A stretch of DNA of 64,000 bases from an uncultured Candidatus Saccharibacteria bacterium (GTDB lineage: Bacteria > Patescibacteriota > Minisyncoccia > Phycocordibacterales > CSBR16-119), in contig CAZHCS010000001.1 in the NCBI GenBank assembly GCA_964531475.1, positions 112,739-176,738 of the forward strand. The letters run 5' to 3'. A model generated the notes under the pieces. It was not told the DNA's origin. It did no database searches and saw nothing but the letters and a program-made list of their open reading frames with translations. Position numbers and translations under genes: made by a program. Below, piece by piece: positions 57,129-64,000 of this stretch. Each line of letters starts with the position of its first letter. The first letter of the stretch is position 1.

Positions 57129-58163
57129 CTATTTATCATCTTCTACGAGATTCATGACAGCAATCTCAAGCGGTAGTGCCTTAACCGATGCGTACTTCAT
57201 CCGCTCCCCCGCCTCGATAAGAGCAATGAGAGATTTTGAATTCAAATGTTTTGATGACGCCCCCGAAAGTTCAGTAATAAATGAGCGTTCGTCATCGGAA
57301 ACATGAGCAAGTAGCGTGTCTTGGTCCCCGCCATAACGAATCAAGAGTGCGAGACGAGCTTTCTCAAGAATAAGTTTTAGAAAAAGCTCCATATCTACGT
57401 TGTCACGGGCGGCCGCGGCGATGGCGGCAAGAGCCGCGGCCGCATCACGCGTGCCGATGCCAGAGAGAGCGGCATTGACCAGTTCGCCCTTGGGCGCACC
57501 GGTCACAAGCTCGACATCTTCGCGCGAAATCTTTTTACCAGAAGACGACGCTATTACTTTTTGTAAAATACCGTGAGTGTCGCGGAAAGATCCGTCGCCA
57601 ACAAGTGCAATGAGTTCCGCCCCAGCCGCATCTATGGAAAAACCCTCTTGTTTCCCGACCGACATAACCAATTCAGCCAAAAGACGCACGTTCGGTTTTT
57701 TGAAAGTAAAAACTTGGCAACGGGAAATGATAGTTTCCGGAACTTTCTCAAGTTCGGTCGTAGCCAAGATAAAAATAACGTGCGCCGGCGGCTCTTCAAG
57801 GGTTTTTAAAAGTGCGTTCCAAGCTTCCTTGGTAAGCATGTGAACTTCGTCGATAATATAAACTTTGTATCGCGAACGAAAAGGCAAAGTAGAAACACCG
57901 TCACGCAAAGCACGGATATCATCGATACCTCTGTTCGAGGCAGCATCTATTTCGTATATATCTTCGGGCGCCGTCTCTAGTTCTTTGGCAATAATACGCG
58001 CAACGGTAGTCTTTCCGGTACCGCGTGAACCGTGTAGCAAATAACTATGCGCTACGGTGCCCTGCTTGATAGATTGAGCAATGACCGAAACTATATGATC
58101 TTGACCGACGACTTCGCCCCAAACAGTTGGGCGGTATTTTCTATATAACGCTTCTTTTGACAT
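57129..58163 (-). CDS. dnaX: DNA polymerase III subunit gamma/tau (short form)
   Basis: KYRPTVWGEVVGQ...GSRGTGKTT... clamp-loader AAA+ with only domains I-III (344 aa). Confidence 0.85.
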   Translation of the reverse strand: MSKEALYRKYRPTVWGEVVGQDHIVSVIAQSIKQGTVAHSYLLHGSRGTGKTTVARIIAKELETAPEDIYEIDAASNRGIDDIRALRDGVSTLPFRSRYKVYIIDEVHMLTKEAWNALLKTLEEPPAHVIFILATTELEKVPETIISRCQVFTFKKPNVRLLAELVMSVGKQEGFSIDAAGAELIALVGDGSFRDTHGILQKVIASSSGKKISREDVELVTGAPKGELVNAALSGIGTRDAAAALAAIAAAARDNVDMELFLKLILEKARLALLIRYGGDQDTLLAHVSDDERSFITELSGASSKHLNSKSLIALIEAGERMKYASVKALPLEIAVMNLVEDDK

Positions 58164-58175
58164 GAAGGTATTGTA

Positions 58176-59210
58176 TCACACCGTGAATTCGGACTCGGAA
58201 GGATTAAAATTTGCCAAAAATTCCCTTGTTAATCTCTCGATAGTTTCATAATCACTAGCTTCCATGAGTTCGATGCGCAATTCTTTTGCACCATGAAAAC
58301 CGTTCACATAGGCTTTGTAATGCTTTTTCATGAGAGCAAAATTTTTCTTCTCGCCAATAAGCTCAATAAAAAGTTTCGTGTGTTTAAGCATGGTTTCAAG
58401 ACGCTCTACCATACCGACCTCCCCCTTGGATTCATCAAAAAGCCAAGGTCTTCCGAAAATAGCCCGTCCAAGCATGACACCATCGCAACCACTTACCTGC
58501 GCCTTGTCTCTGGCATCAGAGATATCTCTTGCGTCACCGTTACCAATTACTAGTGTTTCCGGAGATATTTGGTCACGAAGTCGCAAGATTTCTGGCATAA
58601 GTTCCCAGTGGGCCGGAACTAACGACATTTCTTTTCTGGTGCGCAAATGAAAAGTTACTGCAGGCAATTTCCATGACAAAACTTCTTTGACCCAATTCCA
58701 TTCAAGCGAGTTATACCCGATGCGAGTTTTTATAGTAACTGGGATTTCTCGACCGGCAGACTCGACGCCTCGACGAGCTGCTTCAAGAATGCTTTTTGCG
58801 AGCTCTGGATCGCGCATCGAATACGCGCCGGATTTGGACTTTTCTATAGAACGATCCGGGCATCCCATATTTATATCGATGCCGTCAAAACCAAGTTCGG
58901 CACACAACCGCGCCGCAAATTCCATGTTCGCTGGATTACCGCCAAATAGCTGCGCAATAATAGGTCGTTCAGCTTCGGTATACAAAAGATCTATAGACAA
59001 AGCTTCGCGCCCTTTGTCGGATGCGAGCCCGTCAGCCGAAACAAACTCTGTCCATGTTGCATCGGGAGCCTGGTGGTCAGCTATGAGCTTACGAAATGCA
59101 CGGTCGGTTACGTCAGCCATAGGGGCCAAGACGAAAAACGGACGCCGGTCCTTTAGATTTTTCCAGAAGCCGAAATTAATTTCTTGCATAAGTTTAGTGA
59201 TAAGTATCAA
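58176..59210 (-). CDS. dus: tRNA-dihydrouridine synthase
   Basis: TIM-barrel Dus pattern (FVLAPMADVTD...). Confidence 0.85.
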   Translation of the reverse strand: MILITKLMQEINFGFWKNLKDRRPFFVLAPMADVTDRAFRKLIADHQAPDATWTEFVSADGLASDKGREALSIDLLYTEAERPIIAQLFGGNPANMEFAARLCAELGFDGIDINMGCPDRSIEKSKSGAYSMRDPELAKSILEAARRGVESAGREIPVTIKTRIGYNSLEWNWVKEVLSWKLPAVTFHLRTRKEMSLVPAHWELMPEILRLRDQISPETLVIGNGDARDISDARDKAQVSGCDGVMLGRAIFGRPWLFDESKGEVGMVERLETMLKHTKLFIELIGEKKNFALMKKHYKAYVNGFHGAKELRIELMEASDYETIERLTREFLANFNPSESEFTV

Positions 59211-59254
59211 GTAGTAGGTATCAAAGAATAGAGCCCAAACTTGATACTTTATAC

Positions 59255-60136
59255 TTACTGCTTAATACTTGTTTCTTCGAACCTGTACAATACCCTGCCC
59301 TGGAATCGCGTGTCAATGTATTCCAAGTACAGAGGGCGTTCAGCAAACACAGCTTTGAAATCTGCCTCGCCAACAGCGGCTTCTACCTTGCGTAGCGTCG
59401 AAATCAAAGACTCGTCTTCGTTGAACAAAAGAGTTGCGAATTTGCCTGTCAAAGAAGGATGGTCAAGAAGAAGCGTATGTTGTCCATCAAGCCCGATAAC
59501 TACAGAGTGTGCTGGTAGCCCTATGTCCGCTAAGCCTTCAACAAAATCAGAAAACTGCGCCATACTGCTCGTAGTAGCCAGAGTTGTTCCAATAGGCTGT
59601 GTCGGATCTGAAATACCGCCATAAAACACAAGATAAACTCCATCGGTAAAAAAAGGAGCCCTATCGAAAATAAAACCTCCATGATCTATAAAGTAACAAG
59701 GGTTTGATTTAAATCTTTCTTCATAGAGAGGCGCGTCAGAGCCGCACCAAGCATAGGCTGCGGTACGCTCTTTTATTTCTATGATTAGACTAGAGCCGTT
59801 ACGCTCGATAGACGTGACAGATTCTATTCTAGGAAAAAGTTCGGAGACTTTAGAAGATATTCGTTCTTTGGAAAACAAAAATATATTACCGCGCGCGTAA
59901 ACGAGCGCCTGATTACCATTCAAATATTCACGAATACGAGCAGAAACTTCTTCCGGAGAAACAATGCGCGTGCCTTCTACCAAAACATCGGTGATCAAAA
60001 GTTTTGGCAAATGCGACAACGCGCCCAGTCCAAAAAAAAGTGCGGCAAGCAAAAAAATACCGAGAGTGAATCTACCTAACGCCCTGCGGCGCACTTCTAC
60101 CTTGACTGCTGACGGACTAGGAGCGACATGCCTCAT
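59255..60136 (-). CDS. FtsQ/DivIB-like division protein (POTRA domain)
   Basis: N-terminal TM segment followed by a POTRA-like region (ITDVLVEGTRIVSPEEV). Confidence 0.5.
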   Translation of the reverse strand: MRHVAPSPSAVKVEVRRRALGRFTLGIFLLAALFFGLGALSHLPKLLITDVLVEGTRIVSPEEVSARIREYLNGNQALVYARGNIFLFSKERISSKVSELFPRIESVTSIERNGSSLIIEIKERTAAYAWCGSDAPLYEERFKSNPCYFIDHGGFIFDRAPFFTDGVYLVFYGGISDPTQPIGTTLATTSSMAQFSDFVEGLADIGLPAHSVVIGLDGQHTLLLDHPSLTGKFATLLFNEDESLISTLRKVEAAVGEADFKAVFAERPLYLEYIDTRFQGRVLYRFEETSIKQ

Positions 60137-60139
60137 AGG

Positions 60140-61420
60140 CTAAGCGCCGATTATCTCTTTTGGAAAATATTTCCGAAGAGCGGCCGGGACTCGGACGGAG
60201 CCATCGGCCTGCTGGAAGTTTTCGATAAGCGAAACAAGGATGCGCGGCGTCGGGATTGCTGTACAGTTTAGCGAGTGTGCAAATCGCAACTTGCCTTCGG
60301 CGTCCTTGTAGCGAATATTAAAGCGGCGTGTTTGAAAGTCGTGGAAATACGACGCAGATGAAATCTCTCGATACTTCTCTTCGCCCGGAACCCAAAGCTC
60401 GATGTCGTATTTCTTGACCTGACCAAGCCCCAAGTCGCCGCCGCAATTCATGACAGTGTGATACGGTATCCCAAGCGACTCGATGAATTCTTCGGTATTC
60501 CTGTTAAGCCATTCATGGAATTTTACCGAATCTTCATGCGAAGCTTCGCACAACATAACCTGTTCGACTTTGTAAAATTCGTGCACGCGGATCAATCCCT
60601 TTACGTCCTTTCCATGACTTCCCGCCTCGCGACGGTAGCATGGCGAAAATCCAAGAAACTTGATCGGCAGTTCTGCTGCAGAAAGCACTTCATTCGAATA
60701 GTAGCCCATTATTGGAACTTCGGCGGTACCAGAAAGATAATCGTTATCCTGGGTCTCGAACAAATCTTCGGCATCGTTAGGCAAATGCCCGGTACCATAA
60801 AAATGTTCTTTACGAACTATTGCTGGTGCGAGTACTGGAGTAAAGCCTTTTGCCCCAAAGAAATCCATCGCATATTGCCAAATAGCCATGGACAAGAGCG
60901 CGCCGTCATTTTTGAGGAAATAACCACGAAAGCCGTGAACCTTTGCCCCGCGCTCAAAATCAGCCATGTCGAGGGCCTTCATGATCTCGATATGATCTTT
61001 GGGTACAAAATCAAACTTTGTTTTTTCGCCCCAAACTTTTACTTCTTTGTTTTCTGCATCAGAATCACCTTCTGGTACTGACATATCAGGAACGTTCGGG
61101 ACACGTAACATAAAATCACGCCATACCTCCATGACGGTCTTGAGCTTCTCTTCTTTTAGTCTTAGCTCTTCTTTTACGAGCTGCATGTTGCGGATAAGCT
61201 CGGCTTTGGCGGCCTGATCAGTTATCTGTGGTATACGGTCGGAGACGGCGTTCTGCTCTGCGCGCATTGACTCTACTTCGCCAAGAATAATGAGGCGCTC
61301 GTCGTCGACCTTTAAAAGCTCCTTAAGGTCTATTTTGACGCGCTTTTTCTTGGCGGCCATTTCGACAATATCGAAGTTTTCCCGAATGAATTTGATATCT
61401 AGCATGAGGGCATTATACAA
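60140..61420 (-). CDS. serS: Serine--tRNA ligase
   Basis: N-terminal coiled-coil arm and a class II core, 426 aa. Confidence 0.9.
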   Translation of the reverse strand: MYNALMLDIKFIRENFDIVEMAAKKKRVKIDLKELLKVDDERLIILGEVESMRAEQNAVSDRIPQITDQAAKAELIRNMQLVKEELRLKEEKLKTVMEVWRDFMLRVPNVPDMSVPEGDSDAENKEVKVWGEKTKFDFVPKDHIEIMKALDMADFERGAKVHGFRGYFLKNDGALLSMAIWQYAMDFFGAKGFTPVLAPAIVRKEHFYGTGHLPNDAEDLFETQDNDYLSGTAEVPIMGYYSNEVLSAAELPIKFLGFSPCYRREAGSHGKDVKGLIRVHEFYKVEQVMLCEASHEDSVKFHEWLNRNTEEFIESLGIPYHTVMNCGGDLGLGQVKKYDIELWVPGEEKYREISSASYFHDFQTRRFNIRYKDAEGKLRFAHSLNCTAIPTPRILVSLIENFQQADGSVRVPAALRKYFPKEIIGA

Positions 61421-61439
61421 AAATGTTATGATTTAGGGA

Positions 61440-62294
61440 ATGCCACAGATCATCAAAATAATTTCGAACATTCCCGAGAAACTAAAGGAAATAAACGATC
61501 CCCCGAAAAAGCTATATATTGAAGGGGAGCTTCCCAAGGATACCAATCTAAAATATCTTGCCGTTGTTGGATCTCGCAATTTTACGACATATGGAAAACT
61601 CGCTTGTGAGCGGATAATTGATGGCCTAGCCGGATACCCCATCGTCATTGTTTCGGGGCTCGCACTTGGGATAGATGCTATCGCTCATGAATCAGCACTA
61701 AGAAATAAATTGATAACGATAGCCATGCCGGGCTCGGGCATAGCGGAAAAAGTCATCTCACCGCGCACAAACTATCTCCTTTCGCGCGAAATACTAAAAA
61801 GAGGCGGGTGCATAATTTCAGAGCTAGAGCCCGAGATGTCCGGAGCAAATTGGACATTTCCTCGTCGTAATCGTCTAATGGCCGGACTTTGTGACGCAGT
61901 ACTTCTGATTGAAGCGAAAGAAAAATCTGGAACACTCATCACAGCCAGACTCGCAATGGAATATAATCGTGATGTTCTCGTAGTACCGGGGGAAATTTTT
62001 TCTGAAACGTCAAAAGGTACGAACAAGCTCTTGAAAGATGGCGCCCATCCGTGTCTTGGGGCCAAAGAAGTTTTGGAAATGCTTGGTTTCAAAGAACAAG
62101 AAAAAATTGAAAAGACGTATGATGATTGCACAGACATTGAAAAGAAACTACTCGATCTTCTATACGAACCAGCACCAAAAGAATCACTCTTACTCCGCTA
62201 CGACGGCTCGGCAACGGACTTCAATATGGCGCTTTCTTTGCTTGAATTGAAAGGACACATCAAAGAAACGATGGGAGAAATAAGGAAGGTTTAA
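61440..62294 (+). CDS. dprA: DNA-processing protein DprA (Smf)
   Basis: Rossmann-like DprA core (LAVVGSRNFTTYGK..GLALGIDAIAHESAL). Confidence 0.85.
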   Translation: MPQIIKIISNIPEKLKEINDPPKKLYIEGELPKDTNLKYLAVVGSRNFTTYGKLACERIIDGLAGYPIVIVSGLALGIDAIAHESALRNKLITIAMPGSGIAEKVISPRTNYLLSREILKRGGCIISELEPEMSGANWTFPRRNRLMAGLCDAVLLIEAKEKSGTLITARLAMEYNRDVLVVPGEIFSETSKGTNKLLKDGAHPCLGAKEVLEMLGFKEQEKIEKTYDDCTDIEKKLLDLLYEPAPKESLLLRYDGSATDFNMALSLLELKGHIKETMGEIRKV

Positions 62295-62460
62295 AGATCA
62301 AAATATTCCTTCAACTTTTCACTTCCACCAACTTTTTCATATTGGTAACAATAAATAATAAAACTATAGATTAACTACCTACTGATCATCACCAGATTTT
62401 CTAAACATCAACTGATTATCAACTCAAAAGTTGCAGAAAAACTTTTTTTATAGTTTACTG

Positions 62461-64000
62461 ATGGGCATGACGAAACTCCTTATCGTCGAATCACCCGCAA
62501 AAGCCAAAACAATCGAGAAATATCTCGGCGATGACTACCGCGTCATGGCCTCTGTCGGACACATTCGCGACCTTCCGAAATCAAATAAAAAAGCCGTCGA
62601 TATCGAGGCCGGCTTTGTCCCCCACTACGAAATCTCTCCTGTAAAAAAGAAGGTTGTTTCCGAGCTTAAAGCCGCGGCAAAGAAAGCCGACGAGGTCATT
62701 CTCGCGACCGACCTCGACCGCGAAGGCGAAGCTATTGCATGGCACCTTTCCGAAGCACTCGACCTCAAAAAGCCGAAGCGCATAACCTTTAACGAAATAA
62801 CCAAAGAAACTATCCAAGAAGCCGTAAAGCACCCTCGTCAAATAGATGACAACTTGGTGCAGGCACAAGAGGCGCGCCGTGTTCTCGATCGACTCTTTGG
62901 CTACGATCTCTCCGGCCTGATTTGGAAAAAAGTCCGCTACGGTCTCTCGGCTGGGCGAGTCCAGTCGCCAGCGCTGCGCATCATCATGGAACGCGAACGC
63001 GAAATCCGCGCCTTCAAACCAGAAACATACTATATATTGACTGCGCTTCTCAAAAAGGGCGAGGAGATGCTCTTTACCTGCGACAAAGAGATTTGGGACA
63101 AGACTGAAGCAGAAGATATCCTTAAAAAAGGTAATGCCGGTTCGTGGTCAGTCGTGTCCATAAAAGAAAGCGAACAGCAGCGCCAGGCGCGTCCTCCGTT
63201 TACGACTTCGACACTTCAACAGGTCGCTTCGACTCGACTTGGGTTCGCCCCATCGCGCACCATGGGTGTCGCACAAAAGCTCTACGAAAATGGCTTCATC
63301 ACCTACATGCGTACTGATAGTCAAAATCTTTCCAAGGGCGCCCAGGCCGAAATGCTTTCGTGGGTTCAAAAGAATCTAGGCAAAGAATACGCACAGGCGA
63401 ATGTATACGCTAAAAAATCCAAGAACGCCCAAGAAGCCCACGAGGCCATCCGTCCAACACACCCTTTGGAGCGCTCTATCAACGGCACCGACGACGAGCA
63501 AAAACTATACCGACTCATTTGGGAACGCGCGATCGCGTCTCAAATGGTCCCAGCCAAAGTCTTGAAGACGAAAGTCTCGGCAAATATAAAAGATGAATCA
63601 ATTCCAAATTTCTCGATCAACGGATCACGCGTTCTCTTCCCCGGCTGGCTAGCTGTCGACACCCGAGCTCGTGGCGAAGACACTGAAGTGCCGAAATTAA
63701 ACGAAGGCGATGAGCTCGATCTCACAAAGATGGATTCTGAGGAAAAGCAAACCGAGCCACCGAGCCGCTATACCGAAGCGGGGTTAGTCAAAGAGCTCGA
63801 AAAGCGCGATATCGGTAGACCTTCGACGTATGCTTCAATCATACGCACTATCGAAGAGCGTGGTTATGTGACCAAACAGGGCCGCACTCTTTTCCCGACC
63901 GAAACCGGAGACGTCGTGTCGACATTCATCGAGAATAATTTCGGCGAATATATTTCTGACTCGTTTACAGCTGAAATGGAAGGAAAGCTCGACCAGATTG
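62461..64000 (+). CDS. topA: DNA topoisomerase I (5' part; continues beyond window)
   Basis: TOPRIM (LLIVESPAKAKTIEKYLG, DLDREGEAIAWH) and the active-site Tyr region (TYMRTDS). No stop before the window end, so it is absent from the ORF track. Confidence 0.9.
   Translation, partial: MGMTKLLIVESPAKAKTIEKYLGDDYRVMASVGHIRDLPKSNKKAVDIEAGFVPHYEISPVKKKVVSELKAAAKKADEVILATDLDREGEAIAWHLSEALDLKKPKRITFNEITKETIQEAVKHPRQIDDNLVQAQEARRVLDRLFGYDLSGLIWKKVRYGLSAGRVQSPALRIIMEREREIRAFKPETYYILTALLKKGEEMLFTCDKEIWDKTEAEDILKKGNAGSWSVVSIKESEQQRQARPPFTTSTLQQVASTRLGFAPSRTMGVAQKLYENGFITYMRTDSQNLSKGAQAEMLSWVQKNLGKEYAQANVYAKKSKNAQEAHEAIRPTHPLERSINGTDDEQKLYRLIWERAIASQMVPAKVLKTKVSANIKDESIPNFSINGSRVLFPGWLAVDTRARGEDTEVPKLNEGDELDLTKMDSEEKQTEPPSRYTEAGLVKELEKRDIGRPSTYASIIRTIEERGYVTKQGRTLFPTETGDVVSTFIENNFGEYISDSFTAEMEGKLDQI

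Noticed and set aside
1-64000. Possible alternative genetic code (UGA recoding) as in some CPR lineages
   Set aside because: All recognisable housekeeping genes are full-length in the standard-code ORF track. RF1 is present, and no conserved protein is interrupted by in-frame TGA.
1-64000. CRISPR array / cas genes
   Set aside because: No regularly spaced short direct repeats and no Cas-like ORFs are seen. The only repeat families are REP palindromes and the CCCGTTAG-TIR elements.

Overview
This 64-kb window appears to come from a small-genome, housekeeping-dense bacterium. It has a split transketolase, a class I aldolase, a short dnaX and many apparently leaderless starts, which together suggest a CPR/Patescibacteria-like organism (inference only). 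The code appears to be standard code 11, because the genes are full-length with no in-frame TGA. I annotated about 70 CDSs and two tRNAs.

The CDSs cover four broad functions:
- Translation: prfA, rpmE, rplY, gatB, yqeY, lysS, serS, typA, obg, dus, and tRNA-Glu(CTC) and tRNA-Gln(TTG).
- Central carbon metabolism: a minus-strand gap / 4-helix-bundle / rpiB / fba / rpe / split-tkt supercluster.
- Cell envelope and division: mraZ-rsmH-ftsL-ftsI, mrdA with upstream small membrane proteins, an ftsQ-like gene, and a lytic transglycosylase.
- Other: a MacAB/HlyD-type efflux trio, greA, a sigma-70, dnaX, dprA, the 5' part of topA, queD, NUDIX, rmuC and a DnaQ-like exonuclease.

The accessory content is more unusual:
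- Two IS200-like Y1 (RAYT-type) transposase genes are each flanked by inverted 25-35 bp REP palindromes. Extra REP copies are dispersed in the window, including one embedded in-frame inside gatB.
- A family of four 80-116 bp inverted-repeat elements (TIR consensus CCCGTTAG..GACAGGTCGCGG) each ends exactly on a gene start codon.
- A low-GC islet next to tRNA-Glu encodes a putative PD-(D/E)xK nuclease plus SF1/DUF2075-like P-loop protein, which is a defense candidate.
- A second low-GC gene encodes a 614-aa protein of unknown function.
- A 26-codon fossil copy of the gatB 5' end overlaps the real gatB start.
- A TTATAGTTTTTAG motif recurs in three spacers of the glycolytic cluster.
- Many genes have a -10 box 6-9 nt upstream of the ATG with no SD, i.e. 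a leaderless architecture.

All calls rest on reading motifs in the six-frame translations and the raw sequence. No database searches were possible.
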